Below, piece after piece: positions 9,014 to 17,085 of a stretch of DNA of 17,839 bases (the stretch's first letter is position 1; each line of letters opens with the position of its first letter). The stretch lies in NCBI GenBank assembly GCA_038523235.1, contig JBCBJQ010000118.1:1-17839 (forward strand). The letters run 5' to 3'. The position numbers and the translations under genes were made by a program. A model generated the notes under the pieces. The model worked only from the letters and a program-made list of their open reading frames with translations, ran no database searches and was not told the DNA's origin. This DNA comes from Cyanobacteria bacterium J06626_4 (GTDB lineage Bacteria; Cyanobacteriota; Cyanobacteriia; Phormidesmidales; Phormidesmidaceae).

Positions 9014-9099
9014 AAGCTCGTTCACTGCAGCGTATTCAGATTATTTAAAGCATCATTGGTTGTGACGATGGCCTTAAGTAACCTCCTGTGAACGAGCTT
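9014..9099 (+). promoter_or_regulatory. Candidate structured RNA (long rod-like hairpin) upstream of the phycobiliprotein-like gene
   Basis: Perfect 12-bp closing stem aagctcgttcac (9014-9025) / gtgaacgagctt (9088-9099) with imperfect inner helices. Ends 43 nt before ATG 9143. Matches no RNA family I recognise. Confidence 0.45.
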
Positions 9100-9142
9100 T
9101 ATTAGTTTTTGAAAATTTATCCTTTGGAGACATTTTTTAAGT

Positions 9143-9604
9143 ATGCTTTCAACCTTTAGTCAAACGGCTGCTCACGCGGATGGTCGGTTTCTCAATGATC
9201 AAGAGTTACAGGGCTTAGAGGCCTATGTCGAATCTTTTTCGGCGCGCACTCAGACCTATCAGACGTTGAGCAGTCAAGCGAATGAATTGGTGCTTCGGTC
9301 TTTGCGTAAGCTGGCTCAGACCCATCGTCAAGAAGTGGTCACCCACAGTGCCAAATGCAAGCGCGATATGGATTTTGCTCTGAAAGAAATCGCCCGAGCC
9401 GTGCTGTTAGATGAGCCCGAAGGGTTTAAGCAAGATTTCTCTTTATGGATGGAAAATATCACCCGAGCCGTTCATACCAACAATGCGGCGTCGCGGGCCT
9501 ACCGTTGCCTCAAGGCAGAGATTTGCACAGCCCTCCCCGCTAACCATGCGGCATTAGTGACGCCGTACCTAGATGAGCTGATCACAGCATTTTCTGGACA
9601 CTGA
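9143..9604 (+). CDS. Phycobiliprotein-like (globin-fold, 'phycobilisome protein' family) protein, 153 aa; not a canonical apc/cpc subunit
   Basis: N-terminal ADGRFLNDQELQGL resembles AD-x-x-GR(Y/F)L-x-x-x-EL of phycobiliproteins. KCKRDM (Cys72) matches the C-x-R-D bilin attachment motif, and the C-terminus has PYLD. GGAG lies 13 nt upstream of the ATG. Confidence 0.85.
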   Translation: MLSTFSQTAAHADGRFLNDQELQGLEAYVESFSARTQTYQTLSSQANELVLRSLRKLAQTHRQEVVTHSAKCKRDMDFALKEIARAVLLDEPEGFKQDFSLWMENITRAVHTNNAASRAYRCLKAEICTALPANHAALVTPYLDELITAFSGH

Positions 9605-9750
9605 TTTTCGGCAGGCGTGACGCCGTGAGCTAGGCGCAACTAGGTCGATTTGCCCTCGGCTTAACCTGATTCTGAGCAGTCGGCCCTGTGGGTGCGATTT
9701 TGCCCCAGAGTGGGCCAACTCAGTCGCCGAAACTCAACATCGAGGGCTCG

Positions 9751-9788
9751 TGAGCATCGCTCAATCTGCAAAGATTGAGCGATGCTCA
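9751..9788. other. Perfect 17-bp hairpin with GCAA loop (terminator, processing site or repeat)
   Basis: tgagcatcgctcaatct (9751-9767) - gcaa - agattgagcgatgctca (9772-9788). No U-tract follows on either strand. Confidence 0.6.
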
Positions 9789-10162
9789 TAAATGACTGAA
9801 TAAGGCTAGACAGACCGCCGCAGTTCATCGCGTGATCGCTGTTGATGCTGCCTATGGGCATTCGCGGGCTAACCCTTAAAATTGATGTAAGCAAGATGTG
9901 ATGCCGCCCTCTCGCGACCTCAATCTGGCTTGCTGCTGCTCCTCAATAGGGAGAGTTATGATGAATTACTGGCTACTTTATGAGTTTATGAGAGCCGTTT
10001 GACTCAGTTCGTGAGGTCAGCCGTGGTCTCAGTTGAGAACCTAGTCAGAGTTCAAGAGCATCCTAGCCCTTTAATGACGTGATCACGAGCTGTGACTGCT
10101 GATCGAGCGCTGGCGATGCCGCTTGTGTCTGCCCTCTCAAGTGCTTTGGATAAGCCAGACCC

Positions 10163-13100
10163 ATGCCCACTGATCCAATGGGACGAATGATCGAAGAGAC
10201 CACAGCCGCGTCTTCGGTGACGTCGGAGCTATTGTGTCAGGCATTAGATGCGGTGCCGACAGCCGTCTACATCAAAACCAGGGATCACCGCCTGGTATTT
10301 GTGAATGATGCCTGTTGTCAGCTGTTGGGGCAATCACGCCGGGAGCTGATCACCGTTTCTGAGGCAGAAATTTTATCGACAGCGACGGACCAGAGCCTGC
10401 AGCATCAAGACGAAGCCGTTTGGCAAGGGCAATTAGCAACTGCCGCGGCTGTAGCTGAAATCCTAGTCGTGCCGACGTCAGCCCCCGAAAACGGGCAGTC
10501 GCTGACGCGCCGCACCCAGCTCGCCGCTGATGGTCAAGCCCTGCTGTGTTTTTTAGAGCCGGCAGTAACGCCGCCGCCACTGACCGCTAGCACTGCCAAC
10601 CCTTCGCTCTGGCAAATGCCTCAGCTGCAGGCGCTCTTAGCCAACGTGCCTGCTGTGATTTATCAGCTCTGCCGTCAGCCGGATGGGCAGCTGCAGTTCA
10701 CTTTTGTCAGTCCCGGTGCCGATGAAATTTTTGGGGTCGCGTCTAGAGCCATTCTGGTGAACGCGGAGCAAATTTTGCAGTTGTTGCACCCGCTGGACCG
10801 CCCGACATTTGACCACTCTTTAGCGGCCTCAGCCGCCAAGTTGACACCCTGGTATTGGGAAGGACGATATTACCAACCTGATGGCAAAGTGGGTTGGATT
10901 CAAACCGCTGCCCGTCCTCAGCCTTTGCCGCGGGGGGCGGTCGTTTGGGACGGCTCGATTATGGATGTGACGAGTCGCAAGCAAGTGGCCGCAGCCACCA
11001 TTGAACAAGCAGTGATGGCTCAGGCGCTAGCGGATAATGAAACGCGTTTTCGCACCTTAACTGCAGCGATTCCGGGGGCGATTGTGCAGCTACGGGTGCA
11101 CGATCTCGACTACACGATCGATTTTGCCAGCGATCGCATCGAAGCCATTACCGGCCTCCCGCCTGCGTTGCTCATGGCCGATGCCCACGCTTGGTTTGAG
11201 CAAATGCATCCGGCTGACTATCAGCAGCTGCAGGCAACTATCAATACTGCTGTCACGACGGAGAGTGCTTGGCACTTTGAAGGGCGACTCACGACCCGCT
11301 CGGGGGAAACCCGGTGGTGGCGCATTGATGCGCTGCCGGGGCCGCAAGCGGCAGGAGACATCGTTTTCTATGGCGTCGTGCTGGATGTGACTGACCGTAA
11401 AACGATTGAAGAAGCCTACCAAGAACACGATCGCCAGTTACGGATGGCGCTGCAGGTCTCGGGCATGGGGGTCTGGACTTGGGATATGGCCACCGATCAA
11501 ATGGCGTGGACGACGGAACCCGGTACGTTGTTTGAGGTCTCGGCGGTCAGTTTTTGCGATACCTTTGATGCCTATTTGCAAAATGTGCATCCGAGCGATC
11601 GCGACTTGGTTAAAGCTGCCGTGAGCCAAGCCGTCAAAGATGGGCAAGACTATCAAATCGAATATCGGCTGCTGTTGGGTGACGATACTGTGCTCTGGAT
11701 TGGCGAACGGGGCGGGGTGTGGCGAAACCTTGATGGGATGCTGCTGGGCCTCATGGGCACGGTGCTGGATATCACCGATCGGATGACGGCGAGTGCCGCC
11801 CTGAAGGAAAGTGAGGAACGTAATCGCACGTTAATCAACAACATTCCAGGGGCAGTCTATCGCTGCAAAGCGGATAAAGATTGGACGCTGATTTTTCAGA
11901 GTGATGCAATCTTTGACGTGACTGGCTATGCCATTGATCATCCGATTCATCACGAAGACTGGCGACTGATTCATCCTGACGATCGCGATCGCGTCGATCA
12001 CGACACTACCGCTGCGATCGCTCAGCGCCAACCCTTCGAGGTGGAATATCGCTTGCTGCATGCCGATGGCGGCATTCGCTGGGTGCTCGAAACCGGTCAG
12101 CCGATCACTGACGCGACGGGCACTGTCCAGTTAATTGACGGCGTGTTGACAGACATTACCCGTCGTAAGCAATCGGAGACCCGTCTGCAAGACCTCGCGA
12201 GTCGCGAGGGGCTCATCAACCGCATCTCTACCCAAATCCGGGAGTCTTTGGAACTACAGCCCATTTTGCAAACGACGGTGCAAGCGGTACGGCAACAGCT
12301 GGCCACCGATCGCGTTGTGGTCTATCGCTTTTGCCCCGATTGGACGGGGGAAGTGATAGTCGAAGATGTGGCGTCGCCCTGGCGGTCAACCCTCGGTGAA
12401 ATTGGCACCGACAATTGTTTTCCGGGCGGCTTGGCCCAGTATTACGAAGCGGGCCAAGGACGCGCGATTGATGACATTTATCAGACTGGATTTGACCCTT
12501 GCCACATTCAGTATCTGGAAACCCTGCAGGTGCGCGCCAACCTGATTGTGCCAATCCTCCTGAAAAAGCAGCTGTGGGGGCTTTTGATTGCCCACGAATG
12601 CCGTGGCCCTCGCCATTGGACTGATAGCGAGATCGAGCTACTGGCTGCGCTGGCGGGGCAGGTGGGGCTGGCCATCGGGCAGGCTGACCTGTTTCAACAG
12701 GCGACGGAAAACGCGACTCGGGCGCGACAACAAGCTGCCGACCTAACCGCCACCCTGGCAGAACTCCAGCGGACTCAAGCCAAATTGGTGCAGACCGAAA
12801 AGATGTCGAGTCTGGGGCAGCTGGTCGCGGGTGTGGCCCACGAAATCAACAATCCCGTCAGCTTTATTGATGGCAACATTCTGCATGCCGCCGACTATGC
12901 TCAAGACTTGCTTAAGTTGACTGAGCAGTATCAGACGACCTATCCAAATCCCCCAGAAGCGTTAGCACAGCTAATTGCCAAGGTCGATCTCGAGTTTCTC
13001 GCTGCTGACTTTCCCAAACTGTTGAACTCAATGCGGGTGGGGGCAGAACGCATTAAGACCATCGTGGCTTCCCTCCGCACCTTCTCGCGCATGGATGAAG

Positions 13101-13606
13101 CCGAAATCAAGGCCGTCAATATTCATGATGGGCTAGACAGTACTCTGATGATTCTGCAGCATCGTCTCAAAGCGGATGGCGGTCGTCCCAAAATCACCCT
13201 GACCCGACGCTACGACGATTTACCCCTGGTGGAATGCTATGCCGGCAAGCTCAACCAAGTATTTATGAACTTAATTAGCAATGCGATTGATGCGATCGAA
13301 GAGCAGATAGCTGCTGACAATCAAGGGCCGCTGCCAACCATCAGCATTACGACCGAGGCGCTGTCACCGGAGCAGATTCGCATCAGCATTAGTGACACTG
13401 GCTCGGGCATGACTGCAGCCAAACGCCAGCGCATTTTTGAACCCTTTTACACGACGAAACCAATCGGCAAAGGAACGGGCATTGGTCTTTCGATCAGCTA
13501 TCAAATTGTGACCGAGCATCATCACGGCACGTTAGAGTGTGAATCGCAAGCTGGGCAGGGCACCACCTTTCACGTTACGATTCCGGTGCAGCAGGGCACT
13601 ACCTAA
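10163..13606 (+). CDS. Soluble multi-sensor histidine kinase: about 5 PAS domains + DXCF cyanobacteriochrome GAF + HisKA + HATPase, 1147 aa
   Basis: Repeated PAS/PAC units (HP(D/S/A/L)D, EYR, DIT/DVT ends). GAF with DRVVVYRF, DNCF (D750-F753), PCH (C780), LWGLLIAHEC. H-box AHEINNP (H893), N-box NQVFMNLISNAIDA, DTGSG, FEPFYTTK, GKGTGIGLS. No TM segment or receiver seen. Exact start uncertain (ATG at 10163 or the next two in-frame ATGs). Confidence 0.95.
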   Translation: MPTDPMGRMIEETTAASSVTSELLCQALDAVPTAVYIKTRDHRLVFVNDACCQLLGQSRRELITVSEAEILSTATDQSLQHQDEAVWQGQLATAAAVAEILVVPTSAPENGQSLTRRTQLAADGQALLCFLEPAVTPPPLTASTANPSLWQMPQLQALLANVPAVIYQLCRQPDGQLQFTFVSPGADEIFGVASRAILVNAEQILQLLHPLDRPTFDHSLAASAAKLTPWYWEGRYYQPDGKVGWIQTAARPQPLPRGAVVWDGSIMDVTSRKQVAAATIEQAVMAQALADNETRFRTLTAAIPGAIVQLRVHDLDYTIDFASDRIEAITGLPPALLMADAHAWFEQMHPADYQQLQATINTAVTTESAWHFEGRLTTRSGETRWWRIDALPGPQAAGDIVFYGVVLDVTDRKTIEEAYQEHDRQLRMALQVSGMGVWTWDMATDQMAWTTEPGTLFEVSAVSFCDTFDAYLQNVHPSDRDLVKAAVSQAVKDGQDYQIEYRLLLGDDTVLWIGERGGVWRNLDGMLLGLMGTVLDITDRMTASAALKESEERNRTLINNIPGAVYRCKADKDWTLIFQSDAIFDVTGYAIDHPIHHEDWRLIHPDDRDRVDHDTTAAIAQRQPFEVEYRLLHADGGIRWVLETGQPITDATGTVQLIDGVLTDITRRKQSETRLQDLASREGLINRISTQIRESLELQPILQTTVQAVRQQLATDRVVVYRFCPDWTGEVIVEDVASPWRSTLGEIGTDNCFPGGLAQYYEAGQGRAIDDIYQTGFDPCHIQYLETLQVRANLIVPILLKKQLWGLLIAHECRGPRHWTDSEIELLAALAGQVGLAIGQADLFQQATENATRARQQAADLTATLAELQRTQAKLVQTEKMSSLGQLVAGVAHEINNPVSFIDGNILHAADYAQDLLKLTEQYQTTYPNPPEALAQLIAKVDLEFLAADFPKLLNSMRVGAERIKTIVASLRTFSRMDEAEIKAVNIHDGLDSTLMILQHRLKADGGRPKITLTRRYDDLPLVECYAGKLNQVFMNLISNAIDAIEEQIAADNQGPLPTISITTEALSPEQIRISISDTGSGMTAAKRQRIFEPFYTTKPIGKGTGIGLSISYQIVTEHHHGTLECESQAGQGTTFHVTIPVQQGTT

Positions 13607-13636
13607 CGTGGTCTGGTTCAGCTGTTAGTCGATCAC

Positions 13637-13671
13637 TCTGTAGGGGCTTGGCAGTGCCAAACCCCTACAGA
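13637..13671. repeat. GTAG-type REP-like palindrome between convergent genes
   Basis: tctgtagggg-c-ttggca-g-tgccaa-a-cccctacaga: 10-bp plus 6-bp stems with the GTAG...CTAC ends typical of REP elements. Confidence 0.65.
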
Positions 13672-13705
13672 AAACGTTTCCACAAATGGGATGTTATTGA
13701 AGCGC

Positions 13706-13723
13706 AGATCCCTTCGGGGATCT
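13706..13723. terminator. cUUCGg-capped hairpin, possible terminator or 3' stabiliser for the convergent kinase/USP transcripts
   Basis: agatccc-ttcg-gggatct, 7-bp perfect stem. The U-tract is weak. Confidence 0.4.
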
Positions 13724-13830
13724 CATTACCGTCGAGTGCGTCATCGCCTGGCGTGGCGCGCCGAGGTTAGCCTCAGAAGTGCTTACCTGACAGCGCCGAA
13801 TCGCCAGTATCGAACTGAGGGATTCGTTGG

Positions 13831-14367
13831 TTAATGCGTGGCTCCAGCGGTGGCGCTTTCAGCCTGGTCAGCCGCCTGATTCTCTGTGGTAGTCCCTTGC
13901 ACGATCAAGACAGAACTCATCGCATGGTGCATGACGTAATTGCTGACGCTGCCGAGCAAGAACTCGGTAAGACCTGATCGGCCACGATTGCCAACCATAA
14001 TCAGATCGGCGTTCCAGCTCTTGGCGACATCACAAATAATTCGACCGGGATCGCCTGCCGTTTGCGTAAACTCGGCTTTGATGCCCTGATCGGTCGCTTC
14101 TGCGGCAAACGCTTGAAGGTCTGCGAGCCCCTCTTGCTCGTAAGCGGCCCAGCGTTTTTGATAGGTATCCCAAGCGACGCTGTCAGCGATGGGATAGTAG
14201 GTATGGTAAGCTCGCACGGGCAGCCCCGGACTATTGTCTTCGTAGGCTGAAAGCGCATGCACGATCATCAAATCGGCTTTTGCTGCCTTTGCCATCTCAA
14301 TCGCCTTACCGAGTAGATAAGTCCGAAAGGGAGAATGATCTAGCGCGACTAAGATCTTGCGATACAT
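13831..14367 (-). CDS. Universal stress protein (UspA family), 178 aa
   Basis: MYRKILVALDHS, GDPGRIICDVA, ADLIMVGNRGRSGLTEFLLGSVSNYVMHHA (ATP-binding G-2x-G-9x-GS motif). GGAGG lies 5 nt before ATG 14367. Confidence 0.96.
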   Translation of the reverse strand: MYRKILVALDHSPFRTYLLGKAIEMAKAAKADLMIVHALSAYEDNSPGLPVRAYHTYYPIADSVAWDTYQKRWAAYEQEGLADLQAFAAEATDQGIKAEFTQTAGDPGRIICDVAKSWNADLIMVGNRGRSGLTEFLLGSVSNYVMHHAMSSVLIVQGTTTENQAADQAESATAGATH

Positions 14368-14674
14368 AACAGCCTCCATGAAAATCCACAGCATTGAGGA
14401 GAGCCGCAATACCGGGTGACACTGGCCCGTTAGGGGCGCTTTGGTCTGCCGTTATGTGGGAGTCTGCAGACCTGCAGCTTAAACCAGAGGTATCACTGGC
14501 TCGTTCAGCAAAGCATGGCTGCCATCAGCCAAGATGCTTTCCTGTATCTCGATCTTAAAGGAGGCGTCACAGTTCAATGAGAATGCTTAACATGCGATCG
14601 CATCTCTCAACGAAATCATAATTATTGTCCCGCGCACAGCTTCACCCCTTTTCCGCTTCAGCCACGGTCTGGGG

Positions 14675-15151
14675 CTATGGCTTGAGCGCTTCATCCAAAA
14701 CTTGACGAGCCGTTTCGGCCTGTGAGCGCGCATCCCGATACTTTAAATTACTCTGAGCAAAGCTCTTGAGCATTTTGAAACCGTCTTTCAGCTCAGTCAC
14801 CTGAGCTTCGGTGATGGGCTCATCGATAAAGAGCAAATCGATCAGTTTTCTGATTTGCAGGGCGTCTTCTCGCGAGTCCTGCATTTTCATTTTCAGCGTG
14901 GCTAGGTGGCTCAAGACTTGCACAGCTTCGACAACTGCATCTTCTTGGCTTTTGACATCTGAAGTCGTTTCAGGTGTTTTCACTTCAATAAACTGCTGAG
15001 GGTCAAATCCGTTAGCAAGATTGGTCGGCAATTTGCCATCATCCATCAGCTCTATCAGCTGATCCATCGCTTTTTCTCGGGCTTTGCGAGAATCTTTACC
15101 GGCCACCGGTAAGATCACTTCTGGACTCTGAGCCAGCGTATATTGCACCAT
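14675..15151 (-). CDS. Hypothetical alpha-helical protein, about 158 aa
   Basis: Uninterrupted ORF with natural composition and a coiled-coil-like C-terminal half, co-oriented with psb29. Start ATG 15151 or GTG 15160. Looks like a conserved cyanobacterial hypothetical; no function recognised. Confidence 0.82.
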   Translation of the reverse strand: MVQYTLAQSPEVILPVAGKDSRKAREKAMDQLIELMDDGKLPTNLANGFDPQQFIEVKTPETTSDVKSQEDAVVEAVQVLSHLATLKMKMQDSREDALQIRKLIDLLFIDEPITEAQVTELKDGFKMLKSFAQSNLKYRDARSQAETARQVLDEALKP

Positions 15152-15393
15152 GGTGGTCACTCAATAGTTCTTATGAACTATTTCAGGATAAACCACGTTG
15201 CCGCTCGTTAACTCAGCTGAGTGTAAAGCGTTACATCTGAGCCGGCCATCATCTGAGCGATCACCCGTTGCATCACCGTGTTTCTATGCTCAATGTGATT
15301 AGCCTACCCTAGCCTCGCCCCACCCCGAAACGAGGATAGGCCATAAGTCAGAGGGAGGTTCTGTACTCAGGGCTGTCCGGTCGATTGAGGTGA

Positions 15394-16182
15394 CTAAGGC
15401 TGATCCGTCGGTTCTTCACCTTCGCCTGCTGGAGTGGGAACCGAAGGGGTTGCTTCGCCTTCGATTGTGGCTTCGCCTTCCGCTGGTTTCGCTTCTGGCT
15501 GGTCTTTGGCAAGTTTGGCTTGGGCTCGTTCTTCGCGTTTCTTGCGTTCGGCTTCTAAAACCTCTGCCATGAGGGCTTTTGCTTGCCCCATCTTTTCGAG
15601 GTTGCTGCGATAGAGCTCAATGTCTTTCTGCAACTTATCGAAGGAAATCGATAGAGATTCTGCGGCTTCTTTCATAAAGCCCATCACTTGTTCTTTGTCT
15701 TCTGCTAAGTCAGGCGCGATGTTTTGCACCAGAGTGTAGAAGCCAATGCCAAACGCGCGGCTGTATTTGAAGCGATCGCGCTCGGCTACGCCCTTTAACA
15801 TGCCCGATAGCCCCTCTGCTCCGGCGGCGTCTATCTGGCCCAGCGTGCTTTTCAGGTCATCTAACGACACTCCTTCCGCCGCACTCATAGCCAGCTGAGC
15901 ATCGTTGCGATATTGCTCAGGGGTAGACTCAACCGCTAGACATAACGCCGTAAAGAGATTGCTAATGTCCTCTTCGGGACGATAGCCCTCCATAAAGGTG
16001 TCATAGGTGGTGACAATTCCGAGAGCATAAATCGGGTCATAGACAAAACTGTCGCTGACAGAGAGAAGGTGCATCTCCACCATGAGTTCCTCGATCACTC
16101 GGCGATAGACCGACGTAACGGGACGGTTGAAGTTTTTATAAAAAGCGCGTTTGGTGTCAGAAACAGTGCGGACGTTGCTCAC
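15394..16182 (-). CDS. psb29: Photosystem II biogenesis protein Psb29 / THF1
   Basis: VRTVSDTKRAFY, SVYRRVIEELMVEMHLLSV, YDPIYALGIVT, FMEGYRPE, FKYSRAFGIG, KLQKDIELYRSNLEKM. GTG start; acidic Pro-rich tail. Confidence 0.97.
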   Translation of the reverse strand: MSNVRTVSDTKRAFYKNFNRPVTSVYRRVIEELMVEMHLLSVSDSFVYDPIYALGIVTTYDTFMEGYRPEEDISNLFTALCLAVESTPEQYRNDAQLAMSAAEGVSLDDLKSTLGQIDAAGAEGLSGMLKGVAERDRFKYSRAFGIGFYTLVQNIAPDLAEDKEQVMGFMKEAAESLSISFDKLQKDIELYRSNLEKMGQAKALMAEVLEAERKKREERAQAKLAKDQPEAKPAEGEATIEGEATPSVPTPAGEGEEPTDQP

Positions 16183-16577
16183 AGAACTTTGCCGAGAATA
16201 CAGCTATACCATTCTCACCTTTAGAAGTCGGTTTGCCAAGTTGAAAAGCAAAGTCGCCGCAATTCTCAGATTGAATTTACGGCGCGATTTTAGAGCTCAG
16301 CAGGGTTTGAGGTTGAGGGCCTGAGACAAAAATAGTGATGCTTCTAGTCGCCCATGGAAGGGTGTCAAGTTCGAGGCTATCGCTCTCAAGATGTCTCGGG
16401 TGACTTGCCCATCATGGCTCAGGCTGAGCTACAGCTGATTGATGTCATTTCCGGTTGGCTAGGCTGAGCTGCGTCCTCCCAAGATGGAGGTGGAAATGGC
16501 GAAATATGGTGAACATCACTGGATGCTCGAACGCCGCTATGCTTTCCCAAACAGACATGGTATGGTCATAAATCCTA

Positions 16578-16649
16578 GGGCGATTAGCACAGTGGTAGCG
16601 CGCTTCCTTCACACGGAAGAGGTCACTGGTTCGAACCCAGTATCGCCCA
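16578..16649 (+). tRNA. trnV-CAC: tRNA-Val, anticodon CAC; CCA not encoded
   Basis: Acceptor stem GGGCGAT/ATCGCCC + discriminator A; D-arm with AGTGGTA; anticodon arm CTTCC-TTCACAC-GGAAG; T-arm ACTGG-TTCGAAC-CCAGT. Confidence 0.97.
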
Positions 16650-16749
16650 TAGTTACTTAACCCTTTAAGGCCATTGGACTGACCAGCATCTTCAGCTCGT
16701 CCTCCGAATATCTTGGTGCAGTCCTGTATAGGCAAAGGGTTTCCAGAAA

Positions 16750-16772
16750 GCTGACATGGCATGTCAGCCTTT
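16750..16772 (+). terminator. Palindrome about 100 nt downstream of the tRNA, possible terminator
   Basis: gctgacatg-g-catgtcagc (16750-16768) followed by ctttgtgctt. Could instead be an operator. Confidence 0.35.
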
Positions 16773-17085
16773 GTGCTTGCTCTCCCGGCTAGAGAGGTGA
16801 GGGAGGGACGATGAGGTCGCGAAAGATCCCCAATCGACATCTCCTGCTCCGCGTTATCGGCGAGCTGGATGCGTTGGCGATCGCTCTTGGTTCGGTCCCG
16901 GCTTTGCGTGGCGTGGCATCTTACCTCGACGCCGCAGTGAAAGCTTCAGAGGCAAAGGAGGGCCCTAAACCTCTCCTTGCCAGGGGCCGGAGGCGGTGAG
17001 ATTTTGTCAGATGCAAAACTCCAGGTCTGACTCTGAATGAGGTTTATCTCAAGTCCCGGTGGCTAGGAGTTGACCTCAGAGCGGT

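Larger units (their letters stand above)
2492..16884. repeat. HIP1 octamer GCGATCGC, dispersed (at least 19 copies)
   Basis: Seen at 2492, 3082, 3208, 3703, 3987, 4850, 5784, 6134, 7222, 7414, 8649, 8833, 11130, 11595, 11985, 12014, 14594, 15772, 16877. Fewer than one is expected by chance. Established cyanobacterial signature. Confidence 0.95.

Noticed and set aside
15394..15500. Short repeats (gcttcgccttc, 18-bp period) at the psb29 3' end
   Set aside because: They encode the low-complexity EGEAT tail of Psb29; ordinary variable C-terminal extension.
16445..16840. 131-aa minus-strand ORF
   Set aside because: Runs antisense through the tRNA-Val gene and has no protein-like motifs; almost certainly spurious.
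16650..17085. Genomic island or prophage integrated at tRNA-Val
   Set aside because: No integrase, no duplicated tRNA 3' end in the window, and a HIP1 site persists at 16877. Cannot be fully excluded beyond the window edge.
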